NCBI GenBank assembly: GCA_046712825.1
Contig: JBKKCR010000084.1
Coordinates: 2,492-66,491 of the forward strand
Length of the DNA stretch: 64,000 bases
Source: Actinomycetota bacterium
Lineage (GTDB): Bacteria; Actinomycetota; AC-67
Reading direction: 5' to 3'
Position 1 is the first letter of the stretch, and every line of letters begins with the position of its first letter. The notes under the pieces are model-generated. The model ran no database searches. It saw only the letters and a list, made by a program, of their open reading frames with translations, and was not told the DNA's origin. Made by a program: the position numbers and the translations under genes. Of this stretch, positions 1-8,899 are shown in pieces.

Positions 1-1
1 C

Positions 2-208
2 GTTTCTAGGTTCGTCGCCGATCTGAAGGCCGGCGTTTTTCGAAAAGGACTTCGGATCAAGGGTATCCAAGGAGCGCCTGGAGTCTTCGAGATGACCTGG
101 GCCCCCAACGGCCGCGCGACCTTCGTGTTCGGTCAACCCGTCCGCGACAGGGAGCCCCACATCATCTGGCGGCGCGTCGGGACCCACGACATCTTCGCGG
201 AGCCCTGA
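2..208 (+). CDS. 3' fragment (68 codons) of a RelE/ParE-like toxin; the gene starts outside the window
   Basis: In-frame translation runs from the window edge to TGA at 206-208: ...GVFEMTWAPNGRATFVFGQPVRDREPHIIWRRVGTHDIF. The C-terminal IIWRRVGTHD motif resembles the RelE/ParE family (I.RI.HR) motif. Call rests on motif-level similarity only. Confidence 0.35.
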   Translation, partial: VSRFVADLKAGVFRKGLRIKGIQGAPGVFEMTWAPNGRATFVFGQPVRDREPHIIWRRVGTHDIFAEP

Positions 209-218
209 GGATCTAGAG

Positions 219-584
219 CTAAGGCTGGTCCCAATCCGGGAGCGTGTCGCCGGCTGCCGGCTGGCGCCGTTTCTCGATCCGCGTGCGCAACGCGCGGGGG
301 AGTGAGCCCATCGTTGCCTCGACGCCCATCGTCGCGCGCTCGATGTTGAAGATGGCCCGCTCGAGCCGCTGGATGCGCTCAGGGGAGATCTCGATGCCCT
401 TCAGTTTCCCCTCGTACTCGCGGACCGTGTCGTCGAGCCGGTCGACCATCGCTTCGATCTTGAGCAGGATGCGGTGCGTGTCGCGCAGGATCTCGGGGAG
501 GTCCGTCGCAGTCTTCGCGTTTCCGGTCACGGCCTGAACGCCTTGCTGGAGCCGTCCGACGATGTCACCGATGTCGAGTCGCAC
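219..584 (-). CDS. hypothetical coiled-coil protein (121 aa)
   Basis: Clean ORF with protein-like composition (I, K, E, L rich, low Arg), unlike the GC-artefact ORFs. No family recognised. Confidence 0.45.
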   Translation of the reverse strand: MRLDIGDIVGRLQQGVQAVTGNAKTATDLPEILRDTHRILLKIEAMVDRLDDTVREYEGKLKGIEISPERIQRLERAIFNIERATMGVEATMGSLPRALRTRIEKRRQPAAGDTLPDWDQP

Positions 585-711
585 CGCTCACCTCCCGCCT
601 GCACCGCACGATAGCGAACCTCACTGCGGCGACGCATCCCGTCGCCGCAGGATCATCGGGAGGCCGTCTCTCGGCCGCAGCGTGGCCGTCGGCCACGGCG
701 CGCGGGTCATC

Positions 712-2466
712 TCAGTAGGGGGACGTCCCGCCGAACATCTCCGGGAGGCGCATCGCGACGCCGATGTCGCCTTTGATGTCGAGCTGACCCTCCATCAGCA
801 CGACGGCGGGGTTCTCGCCGGCCGCGAGCTTCACGAGCGACGCGGCACCGATCTGCAGCGTCACGGTGGGGGAGCGAGCCGGCCCGGACCGCGCGGTCGC
901 CTTCGTGCCCACGACCTCGATGGTCCAGACCGCGGTCTCGCCGCCGGTCGCGGGGAAGCGGAGCTCGTGCTGGATCTCGCCCTCGAACCCGAACGCCATC
1001 TTCGGGTTGAACGACGCGGCCATCGCGGTATAGAGCCCGCGTTGCACGAGCTTCGAGGAGAAGCGCTTCTCGATGTTCGCGTCGGTCTTGCCGTGGGCCC
1101 AGCGGCCGAGGGCATGCGAACCGCGGCGCCGCATCGTTGAGCGGACCTCTCGAACGCCTTCACGTACGAGCGCGCGCGGCTTGAGCGAAACGCTCCGGCG
1201 CGAGCGGTGCGCCCGCTCGACTTCGGCTTCTTCGTCGATCAGATACGCCGGCGGCGCCTGGCGCGGCGGCGATCGTCTCGCCAGCGCTCGTTCGATCACC
1301 GGCGCGAGACGCTCGGCTTTCTCACGCTCGTGCTCCTCGCGTCGCTCGACGAACTCGGGCATCACGGCCTTGCCGAAGAGTTCCAGCGACTCGCAGATGT
1401 CTTCGTGCTTGTTCTTGCCGGCCTGCAAGGCGAAGCCGATCTGGTCGACGCCGACGGCCTCGTAGCGCCGGCAGAGCTCGGCGATCTGCTCCGGGGTGCC
1501 GACGGCGCCCCGCATCGAGCCGAGGCCGTGCTGCATGATCTTCACGGCGAGCGGCGCGTCGTCGGCCATGATGATGTCGCGGCTGAAGCCCTGATCGTGA
1601 CGCCGCGCGAGGAACTCGTCCCACACGCTCGTCAGGCCCGGCGCGTGCGGTGTCACGCCGTAGTAGTGGGCCAGCGCGAAGCCGAAGAAATGCGTCCCGT
1701 CGATCCCGCGCTCGATAGCCGTCTGCTCGTCCTCGTGACACATCATCGGGAGTACGACCGCGACGTTCGGATTGACCGCGAACCCCGCCGGGACGCACTC
1801 GTCGGACCCGAGGATGTCGTAATACTCCTTCACCCACTTGCCGGCGTCCTCGGGCTCGACGAACGAGAACGACAACGCGCCGATCCCCTTCGACGCGGCG
1901 AAGTGGATCGTCTCGCGCCGGGAGCACGCGACCCACAGCGGCGGGTGCGGCTTCTGGATCGGCTTGGGAACGACGTTGCGCGGAGGCATGCGCCAGAACT
2001 CGGACTCCCACCCGGCGAACGGCTCCTCGACGAACATGCGGGTGATCGCTTCGATCGCGTCCTCCCACATCGCCCGCTTGTCGTTGCGACGCACGCCGAA
2101 CCCGCCGAGCTCCGCTGCCGACGAGGACTCACCGGTCCCGAACTCGACGCGCCCGCCCGACACGATGTCGAGCGAGGCGATCCGCTCGGCGATCCGCGCG
2201 GGGTGGTTCACGTCCTGGGGCAGCTGCACGATCCCGTGCCCCAGCCGGATGCGGCTCGTGCGCTGCGAGGCCGCGGCGAGCACGACCTCGGGCGCGGAGG
2301 AGTGCGAGTACTCCTCCATGAAGTGATGCTCGACGAACCAGACGACGTCGAAGCCCGCGCGGTCGGCGAACTCGATCTGCTCGAGCGCCTCCTCGAACAA
2401 GCGCCGTTCGGAACCGGCGTCCCAAGGGCGGGGGAGCTGGAGCTCGTAGAACAGGCTGAATCGCAT
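712..2466 (-). CDS. LLM-class (luciferase-like) flavin/F420-dependent oxidoreductase fused to a C-terminal SCP2 sterol-carrier domain
   Basis: The N-terminal ~380 aa has the typical LLM TIM-barrel sequence (FDVVWFVEHHF..., GTPEQIAELCRRYEAVGVDQ). The C-terminal ~110 aa matches SCP2 (FNPKMAFGFEGEIQ...IKGDIGVAMRLPEMF). A low-complexity linker lies between them. Confidence 0.8.
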   Translation of the reverse strand: MRFSLFYELQLPRPWDAGSERRLFEEALEQIEFADRAGFDVVWFVEHHFMEEYSHSSAPEVVLAAASQRTSRIRLGHGIVQLPQDVNHPARIAERIASLDIVSGGRVEFGTGESSSAAELGGFGVRRNDKRAMWEDAIEAITRMFVEEPFAGWESEFWRMPPRNVVPKPIQKPHPPLWVACSRRETIHFAASKGIGALSFSFVEPEDAGKWVKEYYDILGSDECVPAGFAVNPNVAVVLPMMCHEDEQTAIERGIDGTHFFGFALAHYYGVTPHAPGLTSVWDEFLARRHDQGFSRDIIMADDAPLAVKIMQHGLGSMRGAVGTPEQIAELCRRYEAVGVDQIGFALQAGKNKHEDICESLELFGKAVMPEFVERREEHEREKAERLAPVIERALARRSPPRQAPPAYLIDEEAEVERAHRSRRSVSLKPRALVREGVREVRSTMRRRGSHALGRWAHGKTDANIEKRFSSKLVQRGLYTAMAASFNPKMAFGFEGEIQHELRFPATGGETAVWTIEVVGTKATARSGPARSPTVTLQIGAASLVKLAAGENPAVVLMEGQLDIKGDIGVAMRLPEMFGGTSPY

Positions 2467-2478
2467 ACGTCCTCCGGT

Positions 2479-4242
2479 CTACGCCGCCGCGAAGCGGAAT
2501 TTGTTCCCTTTCTTTTTGATCGTCGTGCGATCAGGGCGTCCGACCCGCCACGCCGCGAACCCGATCATCGCGATCCACACGGCCACGATCGACGCTTGCG
2601 TGCCGAAGATGAACCGTGCGGTGAGCGGGTTGCCGATCCGGGACTCACGCATCAGCAGGCGCGAGTCGCGCGCGAACGTCGACGTCCGATCCACCGCGGG
2701 GATCTCCTCGGCGCCGATCTCCGGATCGGCCGGCAGGTAGACGGGCACGGCCATGATCTCGCTGCCGCGGTGCAGGCGGACGAGCGTCTTCGCTCCGCCG
2801 GTGACCGGCAGGGGAACGGCTGTGCGGTAGCGTCCGGACTCGATCCGCTCGAGCGGCGCCAGCACGAGGCGACCGCTCTGCCACGACATCGTCTCGAACC
2901 ACGCGGCGCCTTCCGCCGCATCGGCCGGTGAGAGTGTCACGTCGACCAAAGCCGAGTCGCCGACTCGCGTGAGCGAGATCGCGGCCGTCACGTCGTCCGC
3001 GGTCGTCCGCTTGAACGGAAGTGCGATCGCGACCGCGAGCGCGACCAGGGAAACGGCGATGATGCCGAGCCGGACCGGCCTGACGGCGGGCCCGGTGGAC
3101 GTCGCGTATTCACCGCGCGCGATCGTCGCCAGTCCTGCGGCGAGCGTCGCGGCCGACACCCCGGCGACGAGCGCGAGGATCGGCCCATCGGGGATCAGGT
3201 CGCCGTTCCATGGGTGCCGTCCCCAGACGTGCGTCCAACCCCATTCGGCCGCGAGTCCGAGCGTCGCACAGGCGACACCGCTCCAGACCGCGAACCGAAT
3301 GCGGTTTGCGGTCCCGGCGAGCCGGGCTACGAGCTCGACGGCGAGCGCGGCGCCGATGTAGAGCGGGAACCGCGGCTCGGTGTGGCCTAGCATCCCACCG
3401 ACGAGCAGCGCCACGAGCCCGCGGATGGCGAGGAACCCGACGACCGCCTTCAAGGCGCCCCATCGCCCGAGCACGATCCGCGCAAGCGTTAGCGCGCCGG
3501 CGGCCGCCCCGGCCACGAGCACCGGGTGATAGAGGAGCTGGAACTGAGGAACCCCGAAATCGAACTCGCCTTGGAACGTCGACAGTCCGGTAAGGGTCGC
3601 GCCCGCGAGGACGATCGCGATCGTGCGCGGAAAGCCCGCCTGGGCCGACGCGCCGGCTTCCCGGAACACCAGCCACAGGGCGATCGGCGTGATAGATGCG
3701 CCGCCGATCATCATGAGATGCGTCGGCCCCCACATCGTCACGTCGATGCCGTACGCGCGATGCCACAGCTCGTCGAGCGGGAAGCCGGTCAGCGCTCCAA
3801 GACCTATCGCCCCCAACGCCAGCGACGACCAGGGAACCCGCAAGGCTCCCACGCGGAGACGGGTCTCGGCCCGCGTCACGCTCGCGAGCACGATCGCCGC
3901 GCCGGCGGCCACCGGGATCAGCAGCAATCCCAGGAGGATCATGTCGTGTGCCGGGGTGAACAGCGCCTTGTCGCGCCCGAGGTCGATGTGCCACGCGACA
4001 TCCCAGTAGAACCCGATGACGGCGATGCTGAGCGCGCCGAGTCCGATCCCGATCGTCGCCGCCGCCCAGCCCGCGATGCCGGTTATCTTCTCGAGGCGAT
4101 CGGAGATGCGCGCGAGCACACTCCGGCCGCCGTTCGGGCGCGCGAGCGCTCCGGTGATCGCGAGGAGCCCGAGTAACGGCACCGCCACGATCGCCCAGTC
4201 GTCCAATCCGGTCCCGGTTACGTGTGCGAGTAGGGGAGTCAT
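2479..4242 (-). CDS. polytopic integral membrane protein of unknown function (587 aa)
   Basis: More than 10 hydrophobic helices. It overlaps the upstream epimerase stop by 4 bp (ATGA). No catalytic motif recognised. Confidence 0.65.
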   Translation of the reverse strand: MTPLLAHVTGTGLDDWAIVAVPLLGLLAITGALARPNGGRSVLARISDRLEKITGIAGWAAATIGIGLGALSIAVIGFYWDVAWHIDLGRDKALFTPAHDMILLGLLLIPVAAGAAIVLASVTRAETRLRVGALRVPWSSLALGAIGLGALTGFPLDELWHRAYGIDVTMWGPTHLMMIGGASITPIALWLVFREAGASAQAGFPRTIAIVLAGATLTGLSTFQGEFDFGVPQFQLLYHPVLVAGAAAGALTLARIVLGRWGALKAVVGFLAIRGLVALLVGGMLGHTEPRFPLYIGAALAVELVARLAGTANRIRFAVWSGVACATLGLAAEWGWTHVWGRHPWNGDLIPDGPILALVAGVSAATLAAGLATIARGEYATSTGPAVRPVRLGIIAVSLVALAVAIALPFKRTTADDVTAAISLTRVGDSALVDVTLSPADAAEGAAWFETMSWQSGRLVLAPLERIESGRYRTAVPLPVTGGAKTLVRLHRGSEIMAVPVYLPADPEIGAEEIPAVDRTSTFARDSRLLMRESRIGNPLTARFIFGTQASIVAVWIAMIGFAAWRVGRPDRTTIKKKGNKFRFAAA

Positions 4243-5192
4243 CGTTTTCCTCCACGGGTTGTTCGAACGAACTCTTCGACGGTTTCACGGCCCGAATACT
4301 TGGGACGCCAGCCGAGCACCCGCTCGGCCTTATCGCCGGAGACCAGCGGGGGCCGCTGGGCGATGATGACCCAGCCGGGATCGATCCCCATCGCCGGCCG
4401 GTACCGCTCGGCGAGTCGCGTTGCGAACCGCGCCACGCCGGCGGGAACGGTCACCAGGCGGGCGCCGGCGATCGTCGCCATGTCTCGGTAGGTCAGGGTG
4501 TCCGACGGCGAGATGTTGAACGCGCCGGTCGCATCCGACAGCGTCGCGAGTCGGAACGCCTCGACGACATCGTCGATGTGCACGTACTGCGTCGCGCTCG
4601 CGTTGCGTCCGGGCCGGACACTGAGTCCGCCGGCGAGTCGCGTCGCGAGCTCATGGGTGTTCGGTCCAAGGATGATCGAGGGACGGAGCCGGACGACTTG
4701 CAGCTGAGGGTGGCTCTTCTCTATCTCGTCGAGCGCGCGCTCGGCGGCGCCCTTCGTTCGCGAGTACGGGAACGCGTCGAGCGGCCGCAACGGGTCCTCC
4801 TCGGTGAGGAGCCTTCCCGCGACGCCGAATCCGTATGCCGCCACCGAGGACGCGTGGACCAAACGCCTGCATCCTGCCTTCGCTGCAGCCTCGGCGACGT
4901 TGGCCGTCCCGCGGACGTTGACGTCCTCCGCCAGCCGCATATCGCCGAGCACCACGGCCGCGAGGTGCACGACCACGTGGACACCAGCGAACCGGTCGGC
5001 GAGGGCCGGGTCGCGTATGTCCGCGAGGGCCCATTCGACCCCGGCGATGTCGCCTGAGACGCGGTCGATCGCGACGACGCGGCCGATCGCCGGGTCGTCG
5101 CGCAGGGCCGGAACGGCGGCCCGGCCGAGGAACCCGGCCGCCCCGGTCACCGCCACCCTCAACGTCCCGTCAGCCACTACGTTTTCCTCCAA
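4239..5192 (-). CDS. NAD-dependent epimerase/dehydratase (extended SDR)
   Basis: Rossmann motif VAVTGAAGFLG near the N-terminus and a YxxxK-type core. TTG start at 5192, or GTG at 5177. Confidence 0.8.
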   Translation of the reverse strand: MEENVVADGTLRVAVTGAAGFLGRAAVPALRDDPAIGRVVAIDRVSGDIAGVEWALADIRDPALADRFAGVHVVVHLAAVVLGDMRLAEDVNVRGTANVAEAAAKAGCRRLVHASSVAAYGFGVAGRLLTEEDPLRPLDAFPYSRTKGAAERALDEIEKSHPQLQVVRLRPSIILGPNTHELATRLAGGLSVRPGRNASATQYVHIDDVVEAFRLATLSDATGAFNISPSDTLTYRDMATIAGARLVTVPAGVARFATRLAERYRPAMGIDPGWVIIAQRPPLVSGDKAERVLGWRPKYSGRETVEEFVRTTRGGKR

Positions 5193-5203
5193 GGCTCTTG
5201 CGT

Positions 5204-5234
5204 GTTACCCTGAGTAACTGTTACCATGAGTAAC
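5204..5234. promoter_or_regulatory. two tandem 15-bp palindromes GTTACnnTGAGTAAC (5204-5218 and 5220-5234), candidate TetR operator
   Basis: Read directly: gttaccctgagtaac t gttaccatgagtaac. The second copy spans the ATG of the TetR gene at 5226. The sites sit in the 33-bp gap between the divergent epimerase and TetR genes. Confidence 0.5.
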
Positions 5235-5888
5235 GTGAACCTGTCAAGCATGGATACGACCAGAACCTCCCGCAAAGAAGCTCGCCGGGAGGAGCTGCTC
5301 GATGCCGCCGACCGGGCGATCCGCAAGGAAGGTCCGACGGTCTCGATGGACGAGATCGCCGCCGAGGCCGGCGTCACCAAGCCGATCCTGTACCGGCACT
5401 TCGGCGACAAGGCGGGGCTGTCCCAGGCGCTGGGGGAGCGCTACCTCGAGCTGCTCCTCGGCCGCCTGCACGAGGCCCTCGACCGCGAGACGGAGCCGGC
5501 CGGGCGGCTCTCGGCGACCATGGACGCGTACCTGGAGCTGATCGAGAAGGAACCTGAGATCTACCGCTTCGTGATCCAGGAAACGATCGCGGAACTCGCG
5601 ACGACGATCGCCGAGCGGCGCCAGGGGGGCGCAGCCGCGTCGAGCTTCCTGCGCGGCGTCGCCGCCGAGGTGACGCTCCTCCTCCGCACGGAGGCGGCGC
5701 GGTTCGACGTTGATGTCGAATTCGCCGAGGAATGGGCGCACGGGATCGTGGGCATGGTGCATCTAGCAGGCGACCGCTGGCTCGAGCGCCGCAACATGCC
5801 GCGCGAAAAGCTCGTCCTTTCCCTCACGACGCTCCTCCTCGGCGGACTGACATCGCTCGCCGCCCCCCAGCCGGACGCCCGCGACTAG
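5226..5888 (+). CDS. TetR family transcriptional regulator
   Basis: N-terminal HTH (EARREELLDAADRAIRKEGPTVSMDEIAAEAGVTKPILYRHFGDKAGL) followed by a helical ligand-binding domain. Confidence 0.85.
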   Translation: MSNVNLSSMDTTRTSRKEARREELLDAADRAIRKEGPTVSMDEIAAEAGVTKPILYRHFGDKAGLSQALGERYLELLLGRLHEALDRETEPAGRLSATMDAYLELIEKEPEIYRFVIQETIAELATTIAERRQGGAAASSFLRGVAAEVTLLLRTEAARFDVDVEFAEEWAHGIVGMVHLAGDRWLERRNMPREKLVLSLTTLLLGGLTSLAAPQPDARD

Positions 5889-5900
5889 CCGGGGCAGGGT

Positions 5901-7214
5901 TTGCGGCCGGCGAGAGAGAAACACCTCCACGTGGCTCGTCTCCGTAGGCTGATCTCTGTAGCGCTTCTCGTCGTTACGCTGCCGTTCGCGGCTGGTGCGG
6001 CTGAGACGCCGGCCGTGGGTTGCTCGTGGCCGGCGAAGATCGATGCCGACACGCTGAACTTCGCGTATCCCGACGAGTCCGCGACCTATTGGGTGACGCG
6101 GTTCGTTTCGATCCCCGGCGCGCATCTCGAGATCCGCGGCACCTATCCCGACGCGCGCTACTTCTCGTTCCACGCCTACGACGAGCTCCAACGGCCTGTC
6201 GGTTCGCTTGCAGACCGCGAGATCGCGCCCGACGCCGGCTCGATCAACCCGTTCGTCACCCCGGGAACGACCCCGGGCGGCGCGTTCACCGCGCACGTCG
6301 CCTTCTCAGGGAAGCCCGAGACGCCGGCGCCGAACACGCTCTACGCCGGCGCCACAGCGGACGGCCTCCCGAACCCTGCCGGCTTCATCCTCATGCGCGT
6401 CTACACGCCCGACGACGCGAGCGATCCCGCCGGCGGACAGCCGCTGCCGCTGATCACGCTCGTGCTACCCGGCGACGTGCGGGTCCCGTTCGCGCCTTGC
6501 GATCCGCTGCCCCCGGCGACCGGCGGCACGGTGACGACGGCGATCCGCGAGGCGTCGTTCCCCGACGCGATCCCGCGTGTGTTCCCCTTCGTGCCCACGG
6601 AGCAGACGCCGGAGTTCCGGCGCTTCTACGGCCTAGATCGCGTGCTCTGGGATCGCGTTCCGTCGAACCCGGCCACCGACGCTGTGCCGCGGTTCCAAGG
6701 CGGGTTCCTGTCGAACCAGCACATCGCGTACCTATACCGGATCCTCTCGCGCTCGTTCGGCGACGTGTTCGTCCTGCGCGCGAAGGCGCCGACGTTCCCG
6801 GACACCCGCGCCGGCGACGATCCGACCCAGCCGTCGCAGGTGCGGTACTGGTCGATCTGCCAGAACGAGCTCGCGACGCAGCGCTACATCGCGTGCCTCG
6901 CCGACCATCAGAGCGTCATCGGCGCCGACGGCTTCATGACGTTCGTGATCTCCGACCCGGCCGACAAGCCGTCGGACGCCGCGCTCGCGGTGCACGCGGC
7001 GAACTGGATCCCCTGGGGCGGCGTCTTCTACGACGGCCTCGTGATCTACCGTCACATGCTTCCGGCCTCTTCGTTCGCCGAAGCGATCCAGAACGTTCCG
7101 GAAGGCGCCGACGCCGCCGCGATCATGGGCGACTACTTCCCGCGGAGCGGCTACTGCACGACGCAGGAGTTCGAAGCCGGCGGCGCCGGCGCGTGCATCG
7201 ACACGGCAGCGTGA
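5901..7214 (+). CDS. secreted hypothetical protein with signal peptide
   Basis: Signal-like stretch LISVALLVVTLPFAAGAAE, so the true start is probably GTG near 5931. Pro/Thr/Asp-rich mature part. Its stop overlaps the next gene's start (GTGA). Confidence 0.6.
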   Translation: MRPAREKHLHVARLRRLISVALLVVTLPFAAGAAETPAVGCSWPAKIDADTLNFAYPDESATYWVTRFVSIPGAHLEIRGTYPDARYFSFHAYDELQRPVGSLADREIAPDAGSINPFVTPGTTPGGAFTAHVAFSGKPETPAPNTLYAGATADGLPNPAGFILMRVYTPDDASDPAGGQPLPLITLVLPGDVRVPFAPCDPLPPATGGTVTTAIREASFPDAIPRVFPFVPTEQTPEFRRFYGLDRVLWDRVPSNPATDAVPRFQGGFLSNQHIAYLYRILSRSFGDVFVLRAKAPTFPDTRAGDDPTQPSQVRYWSICQNELATQRYIACLADHQSVIGADGFMTFVISDPADKPSDAALAVHAANWIPWGGVFYDGLVIYRHMLPASSFAEAIQNVPEGADAAAIMGDYFPRSGYCTTQEFEAGGAGACIDTAA

Positions 7215-8080
7215 CGGTCGAACCGCGTGTGATCGTCTCCGGTCTCGGGTTCCCCGAAGGGCCGGTATTCCTCGGGAACGGCGAGGTCACGGTCACCGAG
7301 ATCCGTGGGCAATGCATCACTCGGTGCTCGGAAGACTCCAAGACCCTCGTCGCGAAGACCGGTGGGGGAGCCAACGGGGCGGCGCTGGGAGCCGACGGCG
7401 AGCTGTGGGTCGCGAACAACGGGGGATTGAGCCTGGGGCCCGGCGGCTACTGGCACGCGCCCGGCGGGCTCATCGAGGGGCGCATCCAGCGCGTCACGCT
7501 CGACGGAGGCTGTGAAGATCTCCCCGACCTGCCCGGCGACGCGCCGCACCGGCCCAACGACATCTGCTTTGGGCCCGACGGCAAGTTCTACTTCACCGAC
7601 CCGCGCAATTGGGAGGACTTCGCGAACCTGAAGGTCGGCCGGATCTGGCGGCTCGATCCGGGCACGCGTGAAACCGAGGTGATCGCCGACGTTCCGATGT
7701 TCTGCAACGGGATCGGGTTCGGCCTCGACGGGCGTCTCTACGTCGCGCAGTCCAACATCATGAAGATCATCGCTTTCGACTGGACGCCCGAAGGCGTGGG
7801 GGAGCCGCAGGAGTTCGTCACGCTCCCGCGCGGGTTCCCCGACGGGTTCTGCTTCGCGTCCGACGGGGACCTCTACGCGTGCGGCTCGATGGGCGACGTC
7901 ATCCAGGTGTACGACGCCGAGGGCACGCACAAGGAAACGATGGAGTTCCCCGAGCACACCGAGCCGACCAACGCCTGCATCGGCGACGGCACCTTGTACG
8001 TCACCTGCTCCGGCACCGGCGAGCTCGTGGCGTTCGATCTCGGCATCGAGCCGCTCCCTCTGTATCCCTTTCGTTCCTGA
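7211..8080 (+). CDS. SMP-30/gluconolactonase/LRE-like (SGL) beta-propeller protein
   Basis: Repeated propeller blade motifs (GLGFPEGP, ELWVANNGG, NDICFGPDGKFYFTD, GLDGRLYVA, PDGFCFASDGDLY). The N-terminal part of the long six-frame ORF 6020-8080 is Arg-rich artefact. The real start is GTG 7211, overlapping the upstream stop. Confidence 0.7.
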   Translation: MTVEPRVIVSGLGFPEGPVFLGNGEVTVTEIRGQCITRCSEDSKTLVAKTGGGANGAALGADGELWVANNGGLSLGPGGYWHAPGGLIEGRIQRVTLDGGCEDLPDLPGDAPHRPNDICFGPDGKFYFTDPRNWEDFANLKVGRIWRLDPGTRETEVIADVPMFCNGIGFGLDGRLYVAQSNIMKIIAFDWTPEGVGEPQEFVTLPRGFPDGFCFASDGDLYACGSMGDVIQVYDAEGTHKETMEFPEHTEPTNACIGDGTLYVTCSGTGELVAFDLGIEPLPLYPFRS

Positions 8081-8146
8081 TCGCTCTTGCGCCTCGGCCG
8101 CCGGAGGGGAGAAGGTATCGGGGAGGCTCGAGCCGGGAGGGAGACC

Positions 8147-8887
8147 ATGGGCAACCCCGTCGTGCACTTCGAGGTCATCGGCAAGGACGGCCCCGCGCTC
8201 CAGAAGTTCTACGCCGAGCTATTCGGCTGGCACATCCAGAACATGCCCGAGATGCTGAACTACGGCGTCGTGGACACGCACGCCGGCGGTGGGATCAACG
8301 GAGGCGTAGGCCAGGAACCGGACGGCGGCACCGCGGTGACCTTCTACGCCGCGGTTCCCGACCTTCAGGCCACGCTGGATAAGGCGGAGTCGCTGGGCGG
8401 GAAGATCGCGATGCCGGTCATGGAGATCCCGGGCGTCGTGACGCTGGCACAGTTCCTCGATCCGCAGGGGAACCGCATCGGCATCATCAAGGACGACCCG
8501 ACGGTGGAAGACCCGGGCGTCTCGGCGGGCTCGAACCCGGCGATCACCTGGTTCGAGATCCTCGGCACCGACGCCAAGGCGCTGCAGGCGTTCTACTCAG
8601 AGCTCTTCGGCTGGAAGATCACCGTGGCGCCCGATGCCACGATCGAGTACGGCCATCTTGGGCCGCAAGACGGCAAAGGCATCGGCGGTGGGATCGGGGC
8701 ATCGCCCACCGGGCAGCCGATGGTCACCGTCTACGCGCAGGTGGACGATCTCGACAAGTACCTGGAGCGGGCGGAGTCGCTGGGCGCGAAGACGGTCATG
8801 AAGCCGATGGATATGGACACCGTTTCCTACGCCCAGTTCGCCGATCCCGAGGGCAACGTTTTCGGCCTGTTCAACGACCGCTCGTAA
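8147..8887 (+). CDS. tandem VOC (glyoxalase/bleomycin-resistance/dioxygenase) domain protein
   Basis: Two repeats of the VVHFEV...FY..LFGW / ITWFEILGTD...FY.ELFGW pattern. Start chosen at the ATG preceded by gggaggga (RBS). Confidence 0.8.
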   Translation: MGNPVVHFEVIGKDGPALQKFYAELFGWHIQNMPEMLNYGVVDTHAGGGINGGVGQEPDGGTAVTFYAAVPDLQATLDKAESLGGKIAMPVMEIPGVVTLAQFLDPQGNRIGIIKDDPTVEDPGVSAGSNPAITWFEILGTDAKALQAFYSELFGWKITVAPDATIEYGHLGPQDGKGIGGGIGASPTGQPMVTVYAQVDDLDKYLERAESLGAKTVMKPMDMDTVSYAQFADPEGNVFGLFNDRS

Positions 8888-8899
8888 CCGGTCTGCTGC

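Noticed and set aside
1207-2931. 574-aa plus-strand ORF (and 1322-2068 and 1830-2132 minus-strand ORFs) overlapping the LLM-SCP2 gene
   Set aside because: Arg/Ala/Gly/Pro-dominated translation typical of out-of-frame or antisense reading of high-GC coding DNA. The opposite-strand LLM gene has clear family motifs.
6020-7210. N-terminal 400 aa of the 686-aa ORF 6020-8080
   Set aside because: Arg-rich nonsense in an alternative frame of the secreted-protein gene. Only the part from GTG 7211 on shows gluconolactonase-like blade motifs.
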